From an uncultured Dehalococcoidia bacterium (GTDB lineage: Bacteria > Chloroflexota > Dehalococcoidia > Lucifugimonadales > UBA3495): a stretch of DNA of 64,000 nucleotides. The position numbers and the translations under genes were made by a program. This document shows, in pieces, positions 37,676 through 45,935 of the stretch. A model generated the notes under the pieces. It saw nothing but the letters and a program-made list of their open reading frames with translations, searched no databases and was not told the origin of the DNA. Position 1 is the first letter of the stretch. Each line of letters opens with the position of its first letter. The stretch lies in the NCBI GenBank assembly GCA_964343075.1, contig CAYFGT010000001.1, forward strand, positions 95,795 to 159,794, read 5' to 3'.

Positions 37676-38818
37676 TTGGCTAAAAACGAATCAACTCCAA
37701 TTTTGAGAACCGGGTTTACTACTGGGTCATGTGCATCGGCCGCTGCAAAAGCTGCCGTTTTGGCCCTCTTGAGTGGGAATTCTGTAGATGAAATTGATAT
37801 TTTGTTACCGGTTGGCCGGAGGCAGTTTTTCAATATCAATAGATGTGAATTTGTCAGTACTAATGAGGTTTTATGCTCGGTCATTAAGGATGCTGGAGAT
37901 GATCCAGATGTTACGCACGGAGCAGAAATTTGCGCTACAGTATCTGTCCAGCCCAACGCTTTAAGTGATATAGAAATTGTTCTGGAAAAAGGTGATGGTG
38001 TAGGTTTGGTAACAAAACCTGGTACAGGCATAGAAGTAGGTGGCCCAGCTGTAACAAGAGTCCCTAGAAGAATGATTATGTCTTCTGTGATAGAAGGGAT
38101 TGAAACTGCCGATAAAGAATTCAAAGGCATAGTTAAAGTGGTATTGTCTGTTCCTGGCGGTGAAAAAATCGCTGAGAAAACTACTAATGCTAGATTGGGG
38201 GTTATCGGAGGAATATCTATTTTAGGTAGTACAGGAATAGTTCATCCATACTCTACTGCTTCTTGGCGCGCTAGTGTTCATGTCGCTATTGATGTAGCAG
38301 CCACTAACCATATAGATCATGTGGTACTCACTACCGGAACTAGGAGTGAAGAATACAGTAAGAAATTGTTAGATCTTGAGGATATGGCGTTTGTACAAGT
38401 GGGAATTTTTAGCGGGCACTCGATGAGGCGCGCTCACATGCGAGGTATTAAAAGAGTATCTCATGTTGGCATGATAGGAAAATTTGCTAAGTTAGCAAAA
38501 GGATATTTTGTTACACACGTTGCAGGTAACCAAGTTGATGTTAAGTTTTTGTCTGAGTTGGCTAGAGATGCAGGAGCTTCACCTGATGTATTAGAGAAAT
38601 TGATGGAGACCACTAGTGGAAGAGAGTTCCAAGAGATTGCTTTAGAACATGGATTAGGTGCAATCTATCCGGTTTTATGTGATTTGGTATGCAAGAAAAG
38701 TGTGGAATTCATGGGTGAGGATTCTAAGAATTTGATCATAGATGCTATGTGCTTTGATTTTGACGGTAATTTATTGGGATCATCTTCGACGTCAGATTCA
38801 ATCCCAATAGCTGGTTAG
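37676..38818 (+). CDS. cbiD: cobalt-precorrin-5B (C1)-methyltransferase
   Basis: LRTGFTTGSCASAAAKAA N-terminus and GGISILGSTGIVHPYS. TTG start. Confidence 0.9.
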   Translation: MAKNESTPILRTGFTTGSCASAAAKAAVLALLSGNSVDEIDILLPVGRRQFFNINRCEFVSTNEVLCSVIKDAGDDPDVTHGAEICATVSVQPNALSDIEIVLEKGDGVGLVTKPGTGIEVGGPAVTRVPRRMIMSSVIEGIETADKEFKGIVKVVLSVPGGEKIAEKTTNARLGVIGGISILGSTGIVHPYSTASWRASVHVAIDVAATNHIDHVVLTTGTRSEEYSKKLLDLEDMAFVQVGIFSGHSMRRAHMRGIKRVSHVGMIGKFAKLAKGYFVTHVAGNQVDVKFLSELARDAGASPDVLEKLMETTSGREFQEIALEHGLGAIYPVLCDLVCKKSVEFMGEDSKNLIIDAMCFDFDGNLLGSSSTSDSIPIAG

Positions 38819-38828
38819 CGGTAAAAAG

Positions 38829-39434
38829 ATGAAACTTTTGAATTCTGGCAACATATATTATGGGATGGATGATGACTGTTTCGAAAAGAGGACACCCCTG
38901 AACGGCCAAATCACCAAGAGAGAAATAAGGGCATTGAGTATTAGCTTTTTGAAACTTTCTGCCAATTCTGTAGTTTGGGATATAGGATCTGCTACAGGAT
39001 CCGTAGCAATTGAGGCGTCGCGAATAGCCACAGATGGCAAGATTATTGCTATAGAAAAGGATACTGGTAGTCTTCCGTTACTTGAATCCAATATTAAAAA
39101 ACATAAAGCAGTTAATGTAGAAATTATTGAAGGTACAGCTCCAGAAATATTAGAAAATTTGCCAGCCCCTGATTCTATTTTTGTTGGAGGTACCGGAGGC
39201 AAATTAGAGTCCATTATCGCTAATATTAGTAACCGTTTGCACCAAAAAGGTAATGTGGTGATGAATTTTGCATCTATGGAAAGATCTGTGACAGCGTATA
39301 ATCTACTTAAACAAAATGGTTTAGAAAGCAATTATATTTGCGTGAATATAAGCAGAGGCAAAGAGTTGATAGACAAATCCTTAGTTTTATCTCCTCTAAA
39401 TCCGGTGTTTATAGTCTACGGGATGAAACAATAA
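38829..39434 (+). CDS. cbiT: cobalt-precorrin-6B C15-methyltransferase (decarboxylating)
   Basis: TKREIRALSISFL, VVWDIGSATGSVAIEASR. 201 aa, with no fused CbiE domain. Confidence 0.8.
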   Translation: MKLLNSGNIYYGMDDDCFEKRTPLNGQITKREIRALSISFLKLSANSVVWDIGSATGSVAIEASRIATDGKIIAIEKDTGSLPLLESNIKKHKAVNVEIIEGTAPEILENLPAPDSIFVGGTGGKLESIIANISNRLHQKGNVVMNFASMERSVTAYNLLKQNGLESNYICVNISRGKELIDKSLVLSPLNPVFIVYGMKQ

Positions 39435-39450
39435 TATATCGGTGAATAAA

Positions 39451-40170
39451 ATGACTGCAGGAAACATAGGAAAATTTTATGCTGTTGGTGTCGGTCCGGG
39501 AGATCCGGACTTGTTAACGCGAAAAGCATACCAAGTCTTATCCGAAGTAGAGATAATATGGGCCCCAATTGCTCGTACTAGTGATCAGTCCTACTCCCTA
39601 AATATTGTTGGGCAGGCTATAGATTTGAATAACAAGCAAATCGTAGAGAGCTCATTCCCAACTGATGACGAAGCTGGGGCATTAGCTGTATGGGAACAAT
39701 CAGCTGGCGAGATAATTCAATATTTGAATCAAGGGCAAAATGTTGCCTTCATAACCGAAGGAGACCCTATGATATACAGTACCGTTTCGTATGTGCTGGA
39801 AGTCATACAAAATCAATGTCCTGAGGCGGAAGTAGAAATAATACCAGGTGTATCCTCGGTTATGGCCGCAGCTTCGAGTGCTGGCATTCCATTAGTAAGG
39901 CACGGACAAAAACTTGCTATACTTCCCTATGTGTACGGGATCGATGATTTAAGGGAAGCGATTTCTAATTATGACACTATTGTGCTAATGAAAGTTAATA
40001 AGCTTCTATTGACGGCTTTAGCAAATTTAGAACAATTAGGACTTCTTGGCAAAACAACATACGTACGAAGGGCATCGACAGATAATGAAAGGATAGTTCA
40101 AAATTTAGCCGATTTAACCGAACAAGATTTAGATTATTTTTCTTTATTAATTATTAGGAAAGGTGAATAA
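39451..40170 (+). CDS. cbiL: cobalt-precorrin-2 C20-methyltransferase
   Basis: Tetrapyrrole methylase GKFYAVGVGPGDPDLLTRKA, called CbiL by size and position. ATG 39451 after GGTGA; GTG 39442 is the ORF-track alternative. Confidence 0.7.
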   Translation: MTAGNIGKFYAVGVGPGDPDLLTRKAYQVLSEVEIIWAPIARTSDQSYSLNIVGQAIDLNNKQIVESSFPTDDEAGALAVWEQSAGEIIQYLNQGQNVAFITEGDPMIYSTVSYVLEVIQNQCPEAEVEIIPGVSSVMAAASSAGIPLVRHGQKLAILPYVYGIDDLREAISNYDTIVLMKVNKLLLTALANLEQLGLLGKTTYVRRASTDNERIVQNLADLTEQDLDYFSLLIIRKGE

Positions 40171-40171
40171 A

Positions 40172-40972
40172 ATGCCAACAAAACAAGGGAAAGTGTATTT
40201 CATAGGAGGAGGTCCAGGTGATCCGGAGCTTCTGACTATCAAAGCCAGGAACATACTGGAAATTGCAGATATTGTGATTTATGCAGATTCTTTAGTTCAT
40301 CCATCTATTGTAGATTTTGCAAATCCTCAGGCAGAAATTTATGGTAGTAAAAAGTTAAATTTGGAACAAATCACGGAATTGGAACTTAAGGCTGTGAATG
40401 AGGGAAAAATAGTTGCTAGAGTCCAGAGTGGAGATCCATCAGTATACGGTGCGATTCTAGAGCAGATGCGCATATTGAAATCTAACGGAGTCGATTTTGA
40501 AATTATTCCTGGGGTTGCTTCTGCATTCGCTGCATCAGCATTACTGAAAACGGAATTAACTGTTCCTGGTGTATCTCAATCTGTGATATTCACTAGATTG
40601 GAAGGTCGAGTGCCGATGCCGCCACGAGAACAACTTAAAGATCTTGCTTCGCATGGTTGCACATTACTTATATTTTTGAGTATTACAAGAATGACTAAAT
40701 TGGTCAATGAATTACGCCAAGCAGGGTATCCAGATGATACTCCGATTGCTGTGGCATATAAGGTTGGATGGGAAGAAGAGCAAGTGATAAGAGGAGATCT
40801 TACAGATATAGCTAAAAAAGTGCGAGACGCAAAAATCACGCTTAGTGCTTTAGTAATGGTAGGAGCTGCCTTTGACCCTAATATATTAGATTTAGATGAT
40901 GTGGATACATCAAACTTGTATTCTCCTGAATATACTCACTTATATAGATCAGCGGTGGCAAATAGCAAATAA
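40172..40972 (+). CDS. cbiF: cobalt-precorrin-4 C11-methyltransferase
   Basis: GKVYFIGGGPGDPELLTIKA, IYADSLV, RVQSGDPSVYGA. ATG 40172 after AGGAAAGGTGA. Confidence 0.85.
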   Translation: MPTKQGKVYFIGGGPGDPELLTIKARNILEIADIVIYADSLVHPSIVDFANPQAEIYGSKKLNLEQITELELKAVNEGKIVARVQSGDPSVYGAILEQMRILKSNGVDFEIIPGVASAFAASALLKTELTVPGVSQSVIFTRLEGRVPMPPREQLKDLASHGCTLLIFLSITRMTKLVNELRQAGYPDDTPIAVAYKVGWEEEQVIRGDLTDIAKKVRDAKITLSALVMVGAAFDPNILDLDDVDTSNLYSPEYTHLYRSAVANSK

Positions 40973-40990
40973 TATATCGGGGTAGATTGT

Positions 40991-42085
40991 ATGGATATTG
41001 CTGTGTTGTCGTTATCCAAAACTGGATCTATTAGGGTATCTGATCTCGTCAGTTGTATGGGTGACAAACAGTTTGACGCGTATTGTTTGAGGGTTGATGA
41101 TGGCATTAGTATCACACATAAGCCGATTGATTCACCTGTCTCGCCGTGGATTGAATTCGTGTTCAAACGTTACCAAGCTATGGTATTGGTAATGCCTGTT
41201 GGAATAGCGGTCAGATTAATAGCTCCATTCGTGGAATCTAAACTTAGTGATCCAGCGGTGGTTTGTGTAGATGACGGAGCCAATTTTGCTATTAGTCTGG
41301 TGTCTGGTCATATTGGGGGCGCTGATGCCTTAACAATAGAAATAGCATCAGCAATCGGGGCTACACCGGTTGTAACCTCTTCATCTAATGTATTACATAA
41401 ACCAAGTATTGATTTGTTAGGGAGAGAATATTCTTGGGGCATGGACAGTTCTTCTAAGCAAGTTACTGCTGTAAGCGCAGAAGTAATTAACGATTCTAAG
41501 ATTGGAATATTTCAAGATGCAGGCGAGCCTTCTTGGTTGGATGAATTAGATGATAACCAATTCAAACAATTTGAAAACCTGCAAAAATTATCTGATTCAG
41601 ATGTTAATGCTGCAATAGTAATCACTGATAAAATATTAAACCCGCGAATTGTTCAGTTACTGACAGCGCAAATGCCATGGGTATTATTTAGACCCCCAGT
41701 ACTACATATTGGGATTGGATGCAGGAAATCTACAGATTGTGAGGAATTAATGGCTTTTACTGAAACAATATTAGAAGAGCATGGCTTTAGTAAAGCTTGT
41801 GTAGCATCTGTATCTACCATAGATTTGAAGAAAGATGATGCGTCGATTAAGTATATTGCTGAGTCTTTCGGAGTGCCTCTGAATATTTACACGTCAACAG
41901 ATATAGATCGAGTTTTTGAAAAAGATTTACCACAAATGAAGGTTTTGAGTAAAAGCGCAAATCCCAAAAAATTAATAGGCGTGTGGGGGGTAGCGGAACC
42001 AACTGCTATACTGTCCTCTGCTAATTCTGATTTAGTAGTGCCTAAGCATAAGAGATCTGATGCAACAATCGCTGTAGCTAAATGA
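40991..42085 (+). CDS. cbiG: cobalt-precorrin-5A hydrolase
   Basis: Three-part CbiG layout (N-terminal VMPVGIAVRLIAP, SGHIGGADALT; C-terminal IGIGCRK...ASVSTIDLKKDD). Confidence 0.8.
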   Translation: MDIAVLSLSKTGSIRVSDLVSCMGDKQFDAYCLRVDDGISITHKPIDSPVSPWIEFVFKRYQAMVLVMPVGIAVRLIAPFVESKLSDPAVVCVDDGANFAISLVSGHIGGADALTIEIASAIGATPVVTSSSNVLHKPSIDLLGREYSWGMDSSSKQVTAVSAEVINDSKIGIFQDAGEPSWLDELDDNQFKQFENLQKLSDSDVNAAIVITDKILNPRIVQLLTAQMPWVLFRPPVLHIGIGCRKSTDCEELMAFTETILEEHGFSKACVASVSTIDLKKDDASIKYIAESFGVPLNIYTSTDIDRVFEKDLPQMKVLSKSANPKKLIGVWGVAEPTAILSSANSDLVVPKHKRSDATIAVAK

Positions 42086-42102
42086 GATAAAGGAATGTAG
42101 AT

Positions 42103-42861
42103 ATGAAATCATCAGGTAAAATTTATTTGGTAGGAATCGGACCGGGGGAACCTAATTTACTCACTTATCTGAGTAGAGAAGTCTTGGGGCAAGTAGATTT
42201 CATAGTAGGGTACTCATTGTATGTTGAACAAATCCAAGAATTCGCATCAAGTGCTGTATGCGAAACATGGAATATAGGCGAAGAGCTAGAACGAGCTGAT
42301 CGAGTAGTACAGTTGGCATTTGAAGGCCATACGGTGGCGATGGTTTCTTCTGGAGATATTGGAATTTATGGTATGTCAGGCCCTATTTTTAATATACTTT
42401 CTGAAAAAGGATGGGATGGGATAAGTCCTAGTTTGGAGGTTATCCCGGGCATATCGGCTTTGCAATCAGCATCTGCATTATTGGGTAGCCCACTGATGCA
42501 AGATTTCTGTACGATCAGTCTCAGTGACTTACTAACACCCTGGGAAGACATTCAAAAACGTATACACTCAGCTTCGGTGGGAGATTTTGTAGTGGTATTC
42601 TACAATCCAAAAAGTAAAACTAGGAACTGGCAACTAAAAGCAGCACTCACCACGTTTAAAGATTACCGGCCTGGAAATACTCCAGTAGGTTTAGTAAAGA
42701 ATGCTTATAGAAATGGGCAAGATATTAAACTTACCACACTCGATAATGTATTAGATAATTATGACTACATAGACATGTTTACTACTGTAGTAGTTGGCAA
42801 TTCGTCTTCTTACATATATGGTGGTAAATTTGTTACACCAAGAGGTTATGAGAAAAAATAG
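42103..42861 (+). CDS. cbiH: cobalt-precorrin-3B C17-methyltransferase
   Basis: GKIYLVGIGPGEPNLLT, IVGYSLYVEQI, VSSGDIGIYGM. Confidence 0.85.
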   Translation: MKSSGKIYLVGIGPGEPNLLTYLSREVLGQVDFIVGYSLYVEQIQEFASSAVCETWNIGEELERADRVVQLAFEGHTVAMVSSGDIGIYGMSGPIFNILSEKGWDGISPSLEVIPGISALQSASALLGSPLMQDFCTISLSDLLTPWEDIQKRIHSASVGDFVVVFYNPKSKTRNWQLKAALTTFKDYRPGNTPVGLVKNAYRNGQDIKLTTLDNVLDNYDYIDMFTTVVVGNSSSYIYGGKFVTPRGYEKK

Positions 42862-42867
42862 GAGTTA

Positions 42868-43617
42868 ATGATGAGAGAAAATAAAGTCAAAAAGAAACTG
42901 CAATCATCTGAATCTGTAGTAGTAACGATGGGGCTTTTAACTAGTGATATTATTGACTTTTTAGGTACGTCAGGAGTAGATGGGTTTTGGCTCGAATGTG
43001 AACATGGCTCTGTTACTTGGTCACAAATTGGAGATATGACTCGAGCGTGTGATTTGTGGGGTAACACATCAATAACTCGGGTTAATTCCAATGAACCATG
43101 GTTGATAACTCGTACTCTAGATCAAGGATCTATGGGAGTGGTAGTACCTCATGTTAATAGTAAATCCGCTGCTGAAAAAGCTGTGCAGGGGACAAAGTTT
43201 GCCCCGCTAGGAGAAAGAGGAACATTTGGAGGGAGACAATCATACGGTGTGAACAATTACCAGAATAAAGCTAATGATCAGTCCTTGCTGATAGTGCTAC
43301 TTGAAGAAATACAAGCGTTGGAAAATCTAGATGAGATCTTAGCTGTTGACGATATAGATGTATTTTTTGTAGCACCAAACGATTTGTCTCAAACAATGGG
43401 ATACCTTGGCAATCAAGAACATCCAGACGTCCAAAACAAAATATCAGAAACGTTGGACAAAATTGTGAGAAGTGGTAGAACTGCAGGGACTCTGGTTAAT
43501 GATGAAAATGTAGACAAATATCTTGATCTTGGAGTCAAATTCTTAGCAACCAGCTGGAATCCCTGGGCAATGCAGGGAGCTAGAAATTTCGTGCAAAAAG
43601 TTTCTTATCATGGATGA
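42868..43617 (+). CDS. HpcH/HpaI-family aldolase (class II, divalent-metal type)
   Basis: DGFWLECEHG, RVNSNEPWLITRTLDQGSMGVVVPHVNS, FAPLGERG, FFVAPNDLS. Starts 6 nt after the cbiH stop. Confidence 0.75.
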   Translation: MMRENKVKKKLQSSESVVVTMGLLTSDIIDFLGTSGVDGFWLECEHGSVTWSQIGDMTRACDLWGNTSITRVNSNEPWLITRTLDQGSMGVVVPHVNSKSAAEKAVQGTKFAPLGERGTFGGRQSYGVNNYQNKANDQSLLIVLLEEIQALENLDEILAVDDIDVFFVAPNDLSQTMGYLGNQEHPDVQNKISETLDKIVRSGRTAGTLVNDENVDKYLDLGVKFLATSWNPWAMQGARNFVQKVSYHG

Positions 43618-44581
43618 TCGGAATGCTGAAATTTCTATATGTTCGTTGGTGCCTGGCGCAACAGAAATCCTATGCGCATTAGGTTTAGAGCCTAACATTA
43701 TAGGGGTTAGTGAACTGTGTAATTATCCGGAATCAATTAACACTAAACCGATAGTCAGTAAAAGTCGCGTTCCTACAGAAGGCTACACGAGCTCGCAAGT
43801 AGAAACGAAAATGCGTGCTATTTTAGACTTGGGAGAAGTCCCATATGAAATAGATGAATACTGGTTTAAGAAAAATCAACCAGACCTCATCGTAACCCAA
43901 GATAACTGTCATATCTGTGAAATAGATGTTCAATATATAGAATCTAGGATGTCTAGTTTTGGGTACAAGCCAGAAATATTAGTAATAGATCCGAAATCAA
44001 TATCAGATATATATGAATCAGTACGTGATCTTGCACGAGCTACTCACACGAACGAAAGAGGAGAGATGCTTATCAGTGATTTCGAAACCAGAATATCAAA
44101 TATACTAGAGGACTTGGATTTCAGGGATGCTACAAAAGTTATATCAATCGAGGGAGTCGATCCGTTAGTTTTAGGTGGTAACTGGATTCCTGAGATGTAT
44201 CGAACATTAGGTTGCAATTACGGTGTACTAAATCCAGGAGCATCAGCTGCACGTATAAGAATTGAAGAAATTATTGAGTTCAACCCTGATTTTATTTTTG
44301 TGGATCTGTGTTCCTCATCTTTGGAAAGGCAGGTAAATGAAATTAATTGGCTATTTGAACAGAACGGGTTTTTAAATATGGATGCCATAAAAAACAAAAA
44401 ATTGTATATCCTTAATCATGTGTTTTTTAGTACCCCTGGGCCAAGGATTGTGGATGGTATGGAATTAATCGCGAATATATTATCCGGACGAACTGAAAAT
44501 CTTCCTCCTTCCGCTGGCTTACGCATCTGTAATATCCCACCGAAACAAGTCGGAATGAATGATTACGTTGGTCTTGTGTAA
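43610..44581 (+). CDS. BtuF/TroA-like (type III periplasmic-binding-protein fold) protein without signal peptide
   Basis: The N-terminus goes straight into the first beta strand (ISICSLVPGATEILCALGLEPNIIGVSELCNYP). No hydrophobic leader or lipobox. ATGGATGA overlap with the aldolase gene. Confidence 0.6.
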   Translation: MDDRNAEISICSLVPGATEILCALGLEPNIIGVSELCNYPESINTKPIVSKSRVPTEGYTSSQVETKMRAILDLGEVPYEIDEYWFKKNQPDLIVTQDNCHICEIDVQYIESRMSSFGYKPEILVIDPKSISDIYESVRDLARATHTNERGEMLISDFETRISNILEDLDFRDATKVISIEGVDPLVLGGNWIPEMYRTLGCNYGVLNPGASAARIRIEEIIEFNPDFIFVDLCSSSLERQVNEINWLFEQNGFLNMDAIKNKKLYILNHVFFSTPGPRIVDGMELIANILSGRTENLPPSAGLRICNIPPKQVGMNDYVGLV

Positions 44582-44636
44582 ATTTCAAACTGATATTAGA
44601 ATCAAGGCATCGTAACAGTGCTTAACAGGAGCAATT

Positions 44637-45122
44637 ATGGTTTCTAACGAACAATTCCGAACCGCAATGTCCAAATTCGCAACAGGTGTAACCGTTATCA
44701 CTACTATTGATGAAAATGGTGATCCCCATGAGATGACTGCTAATTCATTTACATCTGTGTGTCTAGATCCTCCTACTATTTTGGTTTGCGCAGCCCACAG
44801 TACTAATAGTTTTGGATACTTAGATAAGAATAAGAAATTCGGAGTCAACATACTCTCCTCAAGCCAACAGGAGTTAGGAGCTTATTTTGCCAAAAGGCCT
44901 GAACAACAAGATGGTAGCGCGATTTACAAATACGAGTATGGGGATTCAGGTTTGCCTATTTTGGGGGGATCATTGGTGTTCATGGGATGCAAGGTTGTAG
45001 GAGAACATATTTATGGAGATCATACAATTTTTGTAGGTGAAGTTGAAGAGCTGAGCTTAGCGACTGATGACGAGCCATTACTATTTTTCAATAGCAGGTG
45101 GTATGATCCCAAATCAAATTAG
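44637..45122 (+). CDS. flavin reductase (HpaC/NADH:FMN oxidoreductase-like domain)
   Basis: FRTAMSKFATGVTVITT, MTANSFTSVCLDPPTILVC, GDHTIFVGEVEEL. SD AGGAG upstream. Confidence 0.8.
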   Translation: MVSNEQFRTAMSKFATGVTVITTIDENGDPHEMTANSFTSVCLDPPTILVCAAHSTNSFGYLDKNKKFGVNILSSSQQELGAYFAKRPEQQDGSAIYKYEYGDSGLPILGGSLVFMGCKVVGEHIYGDHTIFVGEVEELSLATDDEPLLFFNSRWYDPKSN

Positions 45123-45842
45123 ACTTTTCATTTTAATTAGGAATTGCTCGATAGTTTGATTTACAATTTTATGGCTATCTAGCTGGGAGAAATGACCAGA
45201 TCCAGGGATCACTGTTAGATCCGAATCGGTTATGTTATCGCTCAGATACTGAGAGTAATTGGGCGGTGTAAGCAGGTCGTTGTCTCCACAAATGATCTGG
45301 GTGGGAATGTTAAGGCTGCTTACCTGATTCATCATATCGAAGTTATCACAAGCTTTGAGATCCGTGATTTCAATATTGGGCCCGATTGTTTTCGTTTTTT
45401 GAGTTAGAAGATGTTTGATGTCGTCGTCTGGGCACTTAAAATGGGTTTCATGGTGTTTTAGCCAGGTCGATGCTTGCTCGGCACTGGTCACTTTACAGCT
45501 ATTAAAAATCTTGGGGGATACTTTAAGTTTGGCTCCTGTGTTCATTAGTACAAGACCCTTTACTTCTTCGGGGTATTTGTTCGCATAAGCTAGCGAGATA
45601 GCTCCTCCCATGGAATGGCCACACAGGATGATGTCTTTGTATCCTCTAGCTGCTATGAATCCTCTCACCCATTCAACATAGTCGTTGATTGATTCACAGG
45701 GAGTCCCAGTAGGATGGCCTGGCAGGTCTAAAGCCTTAGAGTTTCTGAAATGCTTGGACTGGTAATAAAAGCTAAGACCACTTGTACCTGCCCCATGGAT
45801 AAATACTAATTTCAATTGTTGTGTTATACCCCTTATTCTCAA
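45114..45842 (-). CDS. alpha/beta-fold hydrolase
   Basis: LVFIHGAG, nucleophile elbow GHSMGG, C-terminal GSGHF. TTG start. The 3' end overlaps the convergent flavin reductase gene by 9 nt. Confidence 0.75.
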   Translation of the reverse strand: MRIRGITQQLKLVFIHGAGTSGLSFYYQSKHFRNSKALDLPGHPTGTPCESINDYVEWVRGFIAARGYKDIILCGHSMGGAISLAYANKYPEEVKGLVLMNTGAKLKVSPKIFNSCKVTSAEQASTWLKHHETHFKCPDDDIKHLLTQKTKTIGPNIEITDLKACDNFDMMNQVSSLNIPTQIICGDNDLLTPPNYSQYLSDNITDSDLTVIPGSGHFSQLDSHKIVNQTIEQFLIKMKSLI

Positions 45843-45846
45843 TAAA

Positions 45847-45883
45847 GGAGTCGCAGTATCAGTAATTAAAATACTGCGACTCC
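45847..45883 (-). terminator. 13-bp perfect hairpin downstream of gyrA (terminator or processing site)
   Basis: GGAGTCGCAGTAT (45847-45859) and ATACTGCGACTCC (45871-45883) with an 11-nt loop. On the minus strand it is followed by CTTTATT and then, 5 nt later, the hydrolase start. Confidence 0.45.
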
Positions 45884-45935
45884 AAGTTTATTACTGTATT
45901 ATATTGCAACTTATACGGGCTTTCAATATTGTTGT

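Noticed and set aside
37642-38130. 162-aa minus-strand ORF. Similar antisense ORFs occur at 38858-39331, 36087-36437, 23823-24188 and 49642-49974.
   Set aside because: Each lies entirely antisense to a well-supported gene (cbiD, cbiT, cbiC, gap, xdhC). They have Ser/Pro/Ile-rich shadow-frame composition and no start context or motif, so I treat them as frame artefacts.
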